In this document: in pieces, positions 49,621 through 62,202 of the stretch | Layout: each line of letters begins with the position of its first letter | How positions within the stretch are numbered: the stretch's first letter is position 1 | Assembly (NCBI RefSeq): GCF_018350175.1 | Contig: NC_058383.1 | Span: forward strand, 20,710,001-20,774,000 | DNA: 64,000 bases | Reading direction: 5' to 3' | DNA from: Felis catus | Taxonomy: Eukaryota | Translations under genes and position numbers: made by a program | The notes under the pieces: generated by a model | Told to the model about the DNA's origin: nothing | The model's database searches: none | The model's input: only the letters and a program-made list of their open reading frames with translations

Positions 49621-50424
49621 AAATGCTCTGGGATAATAGCTTAGATAGCAATGAGAACAAAGGATTATTTTGGTTGCCTAAAGCACACGAGAACAGAACT
49701 AATCCTTCTCCTTTGCACCAGCCCTCTCAACTCCCACTTGCTTTCCCTGAGACTCTGCCAAGACAGATCTCTCATGAAGCAACAGTGTGGTGGGAACGCA
49801 TTATCAATCTGTTATTACCAACCGGGATATATGACCTCCGCACAGGGCAATATGGTCAATCTACGTGGCAGGTGTTCACCCGTGTCCCTCCGTAACTGCA
49901 CCGAAATTTTACGATCCAGAAGACTCCCGTAATTGGAGGAGAACGAAACATCTGGATGCTGCAAGCTCTCTCGACAGGTTGTCTACACCATCACCTTCAA
50001 AAATCGATGCACGAGAAATGAGAGTTTCTCGAACAGCAGAACAGCGGCCGAGAGCAGAACATGCCGGTTAAGTCTCTCCGTGGTGTGAAAGCCAAGGCTG
50101 CCTGGATTTCCTTTGGGAGTGCCTGGAAATCTACAGTCTGGCAATAAAAGAGGCCGTGCGTAGGGCCAAATGATGACTTCATTCTGAACGTGTCTGTGCT
50201 GGGGTAAAGGCCATCGTGTCATTCACCGCATCTGGGAAATTAATGAGTGATTCAGCCGACGACTGATCAGTGCCGTAGGGTCATCGGATCATGGGATGGA
50301 GGCCTGTATCTGAATAAAGGGTAGTTCAGGGTGGGCATGAAGGCAACACGGAGAAACTGGGCACCGGGAAATCGGGAGGAGGTAAGGAGGGTCCTGGGTA
50401 CTACGCTCTAAACTCACCAGGATT

Positions 50425-50570
50425 CCAGCTCGGGTCACGATCCCAGGGCTGGGGCGTGAAGCCTTGCCTCGGGCTCCACACTGAGCGTGGAGCCTGCTTG
50501 GGATTCTCTCTTTCCCCCTCAACCCCTCCCCCACCCCAAATAACAAGCAAATAAGTAAATAAATAAACAA
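50425..50570 (+). mobile_element. Partial Can-SINE
   Basis: CTCGGGTCACGATC...GGAGCCTGCTTGGGATTCTCTC...AATAAATAAA. Confidence 0.8.
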
Positions 50571-50599
50571 CCCGCCATGACTCAAAACCATCAACCACA

Positions 50600-51545
50600 A
50601 TGGCACCAAAGAGAGGACAGATGTGGCGGGATCGGAAAAATGAAGGTGATGGTATCCGAAGAAGGGAAGGACAGGGCAGGAGGAGAAACTGGCCTGGTTG
50701 CTTTGGAAGGCACCTTAGCGTTGCCTTTTAAAAGCTGAGACACTCAGGGGCGCCTGGGTGGCTCAGTCGGCTGGGCGTCCAACTCTTGGTTTCGGCTCAG
50801 GTCACGATCTCGCGGTTCGTGGGATCGAGCTCTGCGTCAGGCTCTGCGCTGGCCGTGCGGAGCCTGCTTGGGATTCCCTCTGTCCCTCTGTCTCTGCCCC
50901 TGCCCCGTTCAAGCGCTCTCTCTCCCTCTCCAAATAAATAAACAGTAAAAAAAAAAAAAATGAAAAATTCAAAAAAATAAAAACTGAGACACTTATACAC
51001 TGTGATATACAATTCTTCTCGCTGTATTCTTAGACAAAAACTCACGCAAGTGGGAAGGAAGGCATGTGACGAGAAGCTCAGGGCAGTATGTTCATCACAG
51101 CAAAAACTGGGAACAACCCAGCTATCCAGGACTGGGAGGAAGGACTAGACAAACTCCACCGTAGCCATCGAGGGGATACAAGGCAACAATGAGAAGTGCA
51201 CTGACATGTAAATATCTCGAAGGGACTTGGGCAAGAGAGACCAAAACAAGTCGGCCGGCACGTGATACGGCAAGTGTGTTGTGATTTTCTTAAACGCACC
51301 CACTCAAAATAACAGCACTGTACACTGTGCACTTCCTGCGGCCGTACGTTTGTGTGTAATTGTGCAGCGGGTGGTCCAGGAGGTTATACCCCAAACCGGG
51401 AACAGCGGGCACCTTGGGGGCACGGGGTGGGAAGTGGACTTTGGTGCGGGGGCTGGTGGAGACGTGAGCCTGGTCTATAATGTCCTGTTCACTTCGTAAG
51501 TGGTACATGGGCAGACTTTACTAGTGAAGTTGAAACATTAAAAAA
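50600..51545 (+). mobile_element. Old L1 (L1ME-like) 3' fragment split by a SINE
   Basis: ATGTTCATCACAGCAAAAACTGGGAACAACCC; GCTTTGGAAGGCA. Confidence 0.6.
50747..50983 (+). mobile_element. Can-SINE
   Basis: TSD AAA(G/A)CTGAGACACT. Confidence 0.95.
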
Positions 51546-52904
51546 GCTGTTGTTCAAAAGGATGAGCAAGTAACAAGGAACGGAGCAGCGTGAAATTGCG
51601 TCCGAACGTGCAGCCAGGAGAGAGGCTCAGAACGAGACCGAGGTTTCTGGGAGCCTAGATGGCGCTCCGAGGGCTCTTACTGATGGCTCGTCTCTCTGCG
51701 GACATTCGTGGCCCCGTGCCACCTCCAGGTACCAAGATCTCACAAATGCAGAAAAGAAGGCTTTCCCATCAGGGAACAACAGACGCGGGGGGGTGGGTAC
51801 AGAAAGGAAGGGACAGGCCACAAGGATGTCATCACGTCTCTTAGAGGAAGAAAGGTTCCCCACGCGCCACTGCTGACGTGGGGCTTATTTAAGCTTTGAA
51901 CAAATCATCTGAGAGAGATTTATAGTTAAGTATCTCCGCGTACAAAGTACGTTTGAGCTCGGGGGTAAGGAAAGGCCAAGCAGGTAAGGATACATAAACC
52001 ACAGAGCAGAAATGACCACAGGTCTGACCCCGTCTCAAAACTCTTAACGTCTATCCAGGCTGTCCCGGGGATTAAGTAAGATCGCTCATGAATGGCCCTG
52101 GAAAACTGCAAGCTGGCACCCGTACGTTGTTTATTGTGATGACTATGTCACTGTCGGCTTTACATCAGCATTTGGTAACAGAGCTCGAAAATGAGATCCA
52201 TAAAGGAGTCCGGTGTTCTGTTCAGCCATCCCTTTGACTGGGAGAGCTTTACAAGAACGATTTGGCTTTTACAAGGAGATCAGCCTCCGCTTTCTCTGTT
52301 TTTTTTTTTTTGTTTTTGTTCTTGAATAGAAACACTCTGTCCAAATTGAAAGGTTGGGGAGGGAGAACAGAAAGAAAGCCACCCATCATCTCAACAGCCC
52401 CAGAACGCCACACGATACTGGCTACATGATGGCGCGAACGGGTGAATGAACGAATGAATGAATGAACGAATGAATGAATGAACGGATCCGCTCCTCTATC
52501 ATTTGGCTGCCTGCCCTCCCACGCCTTTCTCATTAGCATGTTTTTCCAGGGCCGCTCTCTCCACTTTTACACCCGGCACTTTTCGCTGATCTCACCAACA
52601 GTCCCTCATGGCGCTCTGGAGCCTTCAGAACTGGGCGGTATCCCCCCCACATTTGATGGGTTTCATCCAGTCCTCATGTTGGAACAGCCACCGCACCCTC
52701 CAGATCCCTCTGCAGAGGGTATCTCGGTGCAAAGCGTTCCACTGTCTGGCCTGCCCCGAATGCCTGAGAACGTCCCAGCGCTTAGACTCCGATGGCTTAG
52801 AACAGAGATGGCCGGCGGTTGGCACAGGCTCTGTTTCCCAGACTTCACTATTAGTATATGGTTATGGCGATTGTTACCACTTTGTGTTAACAAAGTGGAT
52901 CGTT

Positions 52905-53015
52905 TGCTGAACTGCAGCCCAGCTCGGGGCGTGATCTTACCACCATGAGATCATGACCGGAGCCGAAACCAAGAGTCTGATGCTCAGCCGTCTGTCTAAG
53001 CCACCCGGGTGGCCT
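52905..53015 (-). mobile_element. Partial Can-SINE (head only)
   Basis: GAGATCATGACCGGAGCCGAAACCAAGAGTCTGATGCTC...GCCACCCGGG. Confidence 0.8.
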
Positions 53016-53659
53016 CATTTATTTAACTTTTAAGATAAAGAAAACACTCTCCAGGTCCTACCGAGGTTAAAGATGAGGCAAGGTAGAGATCACACATCAT
53101 GGTAAATTCTAACATAAAATAAAGGCTCCACGGTGAGAAGTCTGTGGAGGCACAAATTATTTCAAAGAATAAGTCAGCCTGGAATAACGGAAGGCTCTTT
53201 CACTGCTCTTCGAGAAAGGATATGGGATGGCGGAGGACCCTTCTCCCTGAGGCTGTCACGAGGAGACCAGTTCAATTAGACAGGTAGTTAAAACCCCATG
53301 CGACGAACTGCCCAGCACACACTTGGAATGCACTCACTTGTTGGTGACGCCATTCTGTCTGGAATTCTACTGGCCAGATTTTTCAGGAACCACTTTTTTT
53401 TGTCGTTCATTCTGTGATGGACATTCCAGCAGCTCCTGCCTCTCCTCCCCTAGTCCCCAAGTTTGGGGCCCCAGGCCCTATCATACTACCGAATTCTAAA
53501 GCCCAGCAACTGTGACAGTCCCCCCTGATCTAAAACTTGCTGCCCAATAACTGTGGGACCAGGTGACACAGGGGCGAGATTCTATTCATTCCCTGAATTC
53601 TTTCACCCGCCCCTCCTCCCCACACCCCCCCCTCAAAGGGGCTAATTCTATCTGATGGA

Positions 53660-54230
53660 CCAAGCAATCATTCATTTGTTGATTCATCCTGCAGACATGG
53701 ATAGAGCACCTGTCATGAGTCATGTCCAGTTACCGCTCTGAGGATCAAGGAGAAAACAAAGACCCTGTCCTCGTCGAATTCCGCTCTAGTGCCGGCAGGT
53801 GGGTAATACAGAAGTGAGCAAATAAGCAACGTGAGTTGGGACATGCTAGGAAGGACACAAAGTAGGGTACTGGGTTGAAAGTAACTGGGGGCAGGGAGGG
53901 AAACTACTTTGGTCTGCATGGTCAGGGAAGGCCCTGCTGAGATGTTAGCATCTGAGTTGAGACCTCCACGAGAAAGAGCCGGCCAAGTGGAAGTCCAAAG
54001 GAAGCGTGTCCCACAAGAATGACAGCCAAGAGCCCAGGCCCCAGAGCAGAAACGAAGGAGACGTGTTCAAAGAACAGAAAGAAAGGCACTGGCTGGCTTT
54101 TCTGGCCGAAGCTCAGAGAGCAAGGGGGAGGGTGGAAAGGAGATGATGCGGAGAAAGCCAGAGAGCAGGCCACTCGGGCTGAGAAGGACTCAGTAGAGAG
54201 CTCACTGAGGCACAGAGCTTCTGTCTTGAT
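53660..54230 (-). mobile_element. L2 3' region
   Basis: ATCATTCATT...GAGCACCTG...GGTCAGGGAAGGCCCTGCTGAGATG...TGAGTTGAGACCT. Confidence 0.8.
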
Positions 54231-54332
54231 AAGCACGTTCGTCCATGTGGCCAACCTGCTTCACGCTCCACTGTCCCCAGAGAACAGGAGGCTCCTCCTA
54301 AACCCCTATTCCTATCATATGGACATCGCTCT

Positions 54333-54534
54333 CTTTTTTAATGTTCTTATTTGTTTTTGAGAGAGAGAGACAGACAGAGACAGAGAGAGAGAGAGGCAGA
54401 GAGAAAGGGATACAGAGAAGCAGGCTCCACACCAAGAGCAAGGAGCCCCGATGAAGGGCTTCAACTCACGAACCGGGAGACCATGACCCGAGCTGAAGCC
54501 GGATGCTCAACCGACTGAGCCACCCAGGTGCCCC
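54333..54534 (-). mobile_element. Can-SINE
   Basis: Reverse SINE. Confidence 0.93.
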
Positions 54535-55635
54535 TGTACCTCACTCTTACAAATCTTTTTGCCAGAGCCTGGCTCTGCTCTCCACGCCCTTGAGCAAACC
54601 CTGTAGTCCATGATGCAGGAGGACCTGGCTCCAATATTCTGGTGCGTTCCGTAAACCCCGGCTCACACCAGGCCTTCTAAACCACGCTTGTTTCTACTTT
54701 GCCTTTTGGATTTAACGCCACGGGCCTGAGCATTCTGGAGAAGTAAGAACACCCTAAGCCCACATCCCACCCTGACTAAGTGAGGCTCCACTTGGTTCTG
54801 TGTCCTCCCTCTTCCCCACTGGCCATGTGTCTGATCCTCGCACGCTTGGGTCCTGGCCGTGTTCTCGTTAAGGCTTGACTGCCCATCACGGTGGCCCTAA
54901 CCAGTACGGTTAAGCTTAATCATCAGGCTAATTCAGCAGACTTAGCTCCAAATAATTCTTGGCCGCTTCAAAGAATCAAATCTGGAGATCTGTCACAATT
55001 GAGGATATTTAAAAATCATGTTCAGGCTCCGATGGCAATTTCCAAAGAGCACTTCTCAGACTAGCTGGGAAACGGCCATGTAATTGGAATAAAGCTAGGA
55101 CCTCCTCAGGGGTCTGCTTGGAGGAAGGACCACATCCATGCGGGTGCACAGTCACCCACGTATTTGTTAATGATCGCCCTCATTACCCACCCACCTACCA
55201 CCCACCTGTTGCTGGTCGTAATTCCAGAAACTTTGGGGTCCAGGTTCTTGTCTGATAAATCGGGCACCACCCTGGGAGAGCCGGGGCAGTAAAGCTGAAA
55301 AGTCACATGACCGATCTGCACTTTGGGCAATAGCTCCTTTCATGGCATGGTTTCAGACCCTCCATCGTTCTGGCTGCCCTATTTTCGCCCCCGGTTTTCA
55401 ACAAGCATGTTTAAAATGGTACCGAGGCTGGAATTCTCCCCTCCGGGTGCAGCCTGGGCAGAGCAACAAGGCACGTGTGGTTGAGCTTCTCGCATGAGGA
55501 GACCAACCACGGCCCAGCGGCCAGGTCCAGCTCCCACCCGGGAGCGTCTTGGCCAAGAGAAGCATGTGCTTTTGAAAAATGTTGTCGACCTTAGAAGGAA
55601 CCCATGAAATCAAGGCTTCAAAACTTTGCTAACAA

Positions 55636-55830
55636 GGGGCGCCGGGGTGGCTCTGTCGGTTGAGCGCCCAACTCTTGATTTCAGCTCAGGTCATGCTCTC
55701 ATGGTTCGTGGGATCGAGCCCTGCGATGGCAGTGCGGAGCCTGCTTGGGATTCTCTCTTCTTCTCCCTTGTCTCTGTCCCTCCCACTCCCTCTCTCTCTC
55801 TCTCAAAATGAAATAAATTAAAAAAAAAAT
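55636..55830 (+). mobile_element. Can-SINE
   Basis: SINE head, body and tail; flanks CTAACAA duplicated. Confidence 0.93.
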
Positions 55831-57407
55831 TCCTAACAAAATTGCAAGACCCGCCCACACTGGGTCCACTTGGCTTGCAAGGCAAGCAAACAGTTGATAC
55901 ACTGGCGTCTGTCCCCTTTGGGTCAAGGTCTGAGCTCCCATGGGCCACTGTCCCCACCTGGCCCAACAAAATGTGTTTCTGATCTCCACACGTAGACTTC
56001 ACAAGCCAGCCAAGCCATCAAACACACCCGGTTTGGAGTCAGAAGGAACAACGCGACACATTCAATGAAAACGATCACCACCAACCACTCACAGTGTGAG
56101 CTACCCCAAGACTCTAGGGCTGGGGTCACGAGCAGGACGACGCAGAAACTGCCCTTATAGAACTCCTAGTTTAGCCGGGAGCAAAGAGCAAAAACAGTTA
56201 CCTGCCTTACTTACTCGTTGCCAAGGAAAAACGGAGAGAGAGCGTCATGCAAACAAACAGAAGAAAATTCTGCCTTATCCAGATCAGAGAATGGCGTGAA
56301 TGCTCTGATGTGGTGACATTTCAACTCAGGCCCCAAGGACAAAGGGAGGTCAACGGGAGGCCTGGAAAACGGAACAAGGAGAAAGAATGCTCTCCGGGCG
56401 CCCAGGCCTGGAGGCGGGAAGGAGGTTGGCAAGTCTTGGGAATTGAAAGAGGGCTTTTTTTTTTTTTTCCTTTCTTTTCATTTTTAATACGGTAGATAAA
56501 ACCTTGGGAGGATTTTATTACTGTGTCTTTCTTAAAAACAGGCACCAGCTCCCTATCACCGTGGCGATCTTTCCAATAGACTCCGTATTGTTGAGCAAGA
56601 GATAGGTGAATGTGGTCCGGCTTGTTTTTACACACAAATGCACGAATCCCTGGCAGGAAAATGCACACTTCTTCCCCCGCCCCCCCCCCCATAAAAAGAC
56701 AATGAAATATATCTAACTCCTAAGTCCCCGACCTCATCAGGCCCGGACTGCAAAATGAGATTATGCTCCTTTCTTACGCAAATGATTATGGCCTCAGGCC
56801 CTCCAACTGTCTCCCAGCTGTTTTCTGGGAGAGTTTCCCCGGGGCCTCCTGAGGGTCCAGAATTGGGCTTTTAGTTTCTGTTTGCACTGAGCCCCTTGCC
56901 CTGCTGGGCCCAGCTGTCCTCACCGGTGACTACCGCTAACGCCGTGCTTGGCTGTGGGAAAAGACTACTGTTATTGGGGTCCGCAGGGACAGTGAAGGTT
57001 AAGTTTCAACACTTGTAGTGGAAGGTGAACTTGGAAGCATCCCTGAAGCTAGGGAGGTCAGCCAGTGCTGCTCCAGAATGCCAGCTGCCCCAGGAAGCCC
57101 ATGCTGGCGTGATGGTTCCATCTCTTCTGGCCCCTCCTGCCTCCCTGTGGCCAGAGGGCCACCCGCTCCCACCAGTGGACCCCCGGACGCTGCGGAGCTG
57201 GGATCCTAGGTAATCTCGAGCTAACCGCGAAATCGCTCTGTTCCTGCTGGTGTTTTCACAACACGGGTACACTCGCTAACTTCACCGTGTCACGGGGAGG
57301 ACAAAACAAGTAAATAAATGTACCAGCGCTGGCTATGTTCTGAACAATATCCAAGGAACCTTCACCCAAGGGATCGGAGCTTTGTGCGGTTAAACGCGGT
57401 AGTTAGT

Positions 57408-57616
57408 GGGGCTCCGGAGTGGCTCAGTCGGTTAAGCGTCTGACCTCAGCTCAGGTCACGATCTCGAGGTCCCTGAGTTCGAGCCCCACATAGGGCTCTG
57501 CGCTGACAGCTCAGAGCCTGGAGCCTGCTTTGGATTCTGTGTCTCCCTCTCTCTCTGCCCCTTACCAACTCACGCTCTGTCTCTCTCAAATAAGTGTTAA
57601 AAGAAAATTTTTTTTT
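57408..57616 (+). mobile_element. Can-SINE
   Basis: TSD GC(G/T)GTAGTTAGT. Confidence 0.95.
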
Positions 57617-58459
57617 AAGCTGTAGTTAGTATCTCAGTGATGACAAGCAACATAGGAACAGTGTAAGCTAGGGGTCGCCAAGGGGTGTTGTAATGTAGCC
57701 TCTACCCTTTCCACCTGCATCACCCACAGCATCCTCTGTATGCCCCGCGTCCCACACCAGTCGGATCTCAGGAGCACACAGCGTTCCCCTGCGCCTCTGA
57801 GTTCCACCCATGCTGTCCCTCCACCCAGAACATCTTTTCTTTCCTATGACCACCCGGGTAAATAAAATCACACCGGATTCCCATTATTTGAAACTGACAG
57901 ATGATTCCACTCAAAATGATAGAAGGAAAGTAAAAGTGAATTGACAGGTCTGTGTGACCACCCAGTCCACGGGGGACACTTCAAGCACCATTTGGTGGTG
58001 GAGGGTTCAAATGACAGTGTGGGGCAGAATTTCCCGTGCTTCGTTTCTTACCTTTGTTTCCTCGATACTGATTCCATTCTCACCTCCCATAAACTCACCA
58101 CCCGGCTGCAGTACGTTCCTGCATCTATGATCTTTCTTGTTGGCAACCAGCTAGAAAGACAGTCAACCGTCCTATCAACCCAAAGAAGAGTTCCAGAAAG
58201 GTGTCTCCTTATCCCTAATCGGTCCAACCTGGGTAGCCCAAAGACAGAATGTCCTGACTGTCTGCACCGGTCCTGCTTTCCAGACTGAGGTTCGGGAGAG
58301 GAGTCAACTTCATACAAAGCACCAAGCCCGAGGTCTCATAAACCCAAGGGCCAAATATCAGTGCCAAGAAGCCCAAATACCCACCATTGCTACCCCTGTG
58401 ACCGTACTCTCCATTTTTCACACGAAAAACTCCTGTTCTTCCTTCAACACCTCATTTTG

Positions 58460-58640
58460 TTCAAAGTCTTCCCCACAAGAGCAACAAGAATTTTTGTAAC
58501 TAGGCATCGGGATGAATGTGATCTAAACTTATTGGAGTGGTTGTTACGCGATGCCCGCAAATATCGAACCGTTATATTGTGCATCTGAAACTAATATAAT
58601 GTTATGTGTCATTTATACCTTGATCTTAAAAAAAAAAAAA
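58460..58640 (+). mobile_element. 5'-truncated L1 (3' end plus poly-A) with TSD
   Basis: CTGAAACTAATATAATGTTATGTGTCA...poly-A; TSD AACACCTCATTTTG at 58446-58459 and 58641-58654. Confidence 0.9.
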
Positions 58641-59129
58641 AACACCTCATTTTGCTTTCTGTGTGAAATTACAGAATACGAGAAAAGTAGGCACGGTCTA
58701 TTCCGGATTCCGTAGTACTCCGTAGAAATCTCCTTAAAATGTATTCCGCCGGACTATAAAGTATCCGAATCGGTTACTGGGGAAACCTCAAGAGCAGGAC
58801 CCCAGTCATATTCCTCTCTTTATTCCCTACACACAGAGAAAATGCTGGCACAGAGAAAATGCTTAGTGGGAAATGATGAGTGGATGACCATCTATATGTT
58901 TTTGACCTCAACTTTATCATCTTTATCAAACTGCTGGCTATAGGATGGTCAAACAAATCATCCCAGAACCTATTCTCCACCCCACCCCACCCCTATTCTC
59001 CACCCCACCCCGCCCTTCCTCTACACATACGCGCTCCAACTTGGGTTTTCCTTCTGATTTCGTGAAAAAGCAATTTGCGCGAGGCCCAAATGTAAGACTT
59101 TGCCTTAGCCCCTACTCGATTTCAACCTA

Positions 59130-59400
59130 GTGGCGTCTCTCAAGCTTTCTCACCTGATCAGATGGTCCTGAGTCCTGATTGCATCGTGCCTCTCAATAAC
59201 GACCATACTTGGCTCTGTATCATCTGCATGTCTGATCAGCAGGACCCTCTAGGTCCTTGTCGAATCGCATACCAAGATTAAAAGATTTGGTAGGACACAA
59301 GTGAACACAAAGGATCACCAGTGGACCCATGCGTCATGAGGGGAAGTCTCCGTCCAGGTGCACAAAGAACGATCCATCCCATTCCACGCTTCTGCCACCG
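59130..59400 (-). mobile_element. L3/CR1 RT remnant
   Basis: Minus strand ...CTGATCAGACATGCAGATGATACAGAG...ATCAGGACTCAGGACCATCTGATCAGG resembles CR1 'LIKFADDTKL...IRIQ.DLDRL'. Confidence 0.55.
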
Positions 59401-61184
59401 GAAATCCACAGAATGGGGTCTTCGTCAAGTAGATACATCAGTGTCATGTCAACAGGAACGAAATGGAGATGGTTCCATCAGTTACTCAGAAGCCCAGAGT
59501 CCTGGTGTCCCCATGCACCTGGTTTAACTTGAGCTGACAGTTTTATAATGTGGCAGATCTTACATACAGGTCGACATTCCTGGCTGTTGAAACATCCCCC
59601 ACGCCTGGCGACATGGAGCCCATGTTACCCAACGGCAGCCACCAGCTGAAGGTCTGTATCAAGGGAAGATGCCTTCCGGTTGGCCATAGTCCACATTTGG
59701 CCGGTGCCTGGCCCACAACGGCGCTAGGATTTCACGAGCCCTGCTCTTTGGTATTCTTCCAAGGAAGACCGCCAAGTCCAGAGTCCCACACGCGTGCCTC
59801 CACCAAGGCTCAGGAAGCAAAGCAAGCAGCCTCCGTGTGAACATGCCCGGAGCCCACAGTGCCACGCACCAGCCCTGTCTTTTCTAAGAGCTGATCATTA
59901 ATGGTATTTCCCATGAGAACATAAAATTGGCCCCTCAGCCCGCTTCCTTTCCCATTCGAGGGGATTCTGTCGTCTGGGGCCACGTTGGAACTCACTGGCT
60001 CCTTCTTCCACACGCTGGTGCATCTCTTTTGAGAGCTCTATCTCCTACCTCCCGGGGTAAGAATGAGTCTTTGTAAATAACCTCAGTCCCATCCATCACT
60101 GTAATTGGTAATGGTTTCCAGACCCTACCTATCAGCCTGGTCACCTACCCTTTGCCTATGAAATCATGTCGGTCGGTGTTCGGAGGGTAGAAGGGCATCA
60201 ATAGACAAACAGGGAACAGACACTTAGAAACAAGCCAGAAAGAGACCTACTCCAGAGGCAAGACCCTCTTGCCAGGAATGATCAAGGAAGCTTGAGATCG
60301 GAAAAACCTCAGGAATCACCCAGTCCTCTGTGAGATAATGGCAAATATATCCCAGGCACTGGGAAAACCAGGTATGACTCAGGTATGACTCAGCACCCTC
60401 AGGGCGAGCAGAGGAAACAGTAGAGATACTCTGACCTTGGGACGACTGCCAGAGAGTTCCTAAAGCAAGGCCAACCTTCACCATGGCACCTCACATCTGC
60501 TTTCTGCCCCGAGAGACAGGGACATACAGATCTCCCACCTGTGCTAAACCCGACTTCAAAAGCAAGCGAAGGTGGAAAACCGATGCAAGGCGCCTCTTGT
60601 GCGGGAGGACGCTTCACCTGGGAAGCAATTATCGCCAGGAAGAGTGGTGGAGAATTAGGAAACTAACCTCTTCTAATCTGCTGTCTAACAGAAACGTCTC
60701 GGCAGCCAATCAATAATGGCAGTGGCGGGGGTGAGCACCGAAGGAGTCTCTCCTCGCCTTCACATCAGTAATTAAAGCCGGTTTAATGAGATTGCCCGAG
60801 AGCTGGGTGTCTGAGTGCAGGAGAGGCAGACAGCGAGATGGAATGAGAGACAAGCTGGGGTGTGAATGGCCCGGAACCTCTCCGGCAAAATGTAGGATGG
60901 GGAACGCTGGGGACAAGCACCTGTCGTTGACAGGCAAGGCCAGGAGAGATGGGAAAAGTTCCACGTCGTCTGGGACCTGCCCCCCGGGTCCCGTCTTTCG
61001 AGAAAATTCAGCCCCCGAATCTCACCACTGTCTATGGAACGGTGGCAGAGGCCTAGAGTTTTAAGAGCACTTCTGCCACCTAGAAGCTGTTCTACCTGGA
61101 AGACGTCCCTTCTTCGGGCCCCTCATCCAGGCAAGGGGTCGATAAGAGATGATTAAGAATGAAGAAGAATGATTAAGAATGAAG

Positions 61185-61377
61185 GTTTTTTTAAATGTTT
61201 ATTCATTTTCAAAAGAGAGTGAGCAGGGGAGGGGCAGAGAGAGAGGGGGACAGAGGATCCCAAGCACGCTCCACACTCACAGCACAGAGCCCGAAGTGGG
61301 GCTCGAACTCACAAACCGTGAGATCATGACCTGAGCGGAAGTCTGACGCTTAACCGACTGAGCCACCCGGGTGCCCC
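61185..61377 (-). mobile_element. Can-SINE
   Basis: Reverse SINE. Confidence 0.95.
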
Positions 61378-61497
61378 GCGCAGAGAATGGGCCATCAGCC
61401 AAGCACTCACAGGTGGAAAATGGTCTTACAGAGTGCATACGCTGCCGTTTATGGGGTGGGACTGGCGAGGAGACATTGGGGGGATGAAGTTTAAATG

Positions 61498-62202
61498 CAG
61501 GCATCCCTCGATTTATTGCGCTTCGTCGATACTGCTATTTCTAGAAGCTTTTACAAAGGTTTGTGGCAACCCTGTGTCGAGTAAGTCTATCGGTGTCGTT
61601 CTCCCACGGCACCTGCTCACTTCGTGTCTCTGGGTCACGCCTCCGTAATTCTCAACTCCGACCTGTTTTATTATTATATTTGCTAGGGTGATCAGCGATC
61701 AGTGACTGCAATGCGACACAAGCTCAGATGATAGTGAGGATTCTTTAACAATGCCGTCTTTTTCTCATTAAGATAGACACAGTCTTTTTTTTTTTTAGAC
61801 ATAATGCTATTGCACACTTAACAGACTATGGTATATCGGGGCGCCTGGGTGGCTCAGTCAGTTGAGCGTCCGACTTCAGCTAGGTCATGATCTTGCGTCC
61901 GAGTCTGGGTTCGAGCCCCACGTCGGGCTCCGTGCTGACAGCTCAGAGCCTGGAGCCTCCTTCACAGTCTGTGTCTCCCTCTCTCTCTCTGCCCCTCCCT
62001 CGCTCACACTCTGTCTCTCACAAAATGAATAAACACATTGAAAAATTAAAAAAAAAAAAACAATTAACTACGGGAAAGCGTAAACGTTGACTTTTTTGTG
62101 CACGGGGAAGCCAAAAGAGGCGCGTGACAAGCTCTATGGCACGATTCACTTTATGGTGGTGTTCTAGAACCGGACCCGCGATACCTACACCAGGTGCGCC
62201 TG
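61498..62202 (+). mobile_element. Tigger1 internal-deletion derivative (TcMar) split by a SINE
   Basis: CAGGCATCCCTCG...TTTATTGCGCTTCG...AGGTTTGTGGCAACCCTG; TTAGACATAATGCTATTGCACACTTAA; ends CAGGTGCGCCTG|TA. Confidence 0.88.
61838..62060 (+). mobile_element. Can-SINE
   Basis: Full SINE inside Tigger1. Confidence 0.95.

Noticed and set aside
49750..50330. Possible additional CR1 ORF2 remnant or exon
   Set aside because: Only a faint resemblance (CCTGGAAATCTACAG to 'PGNYRP'); too weak to call by eye.
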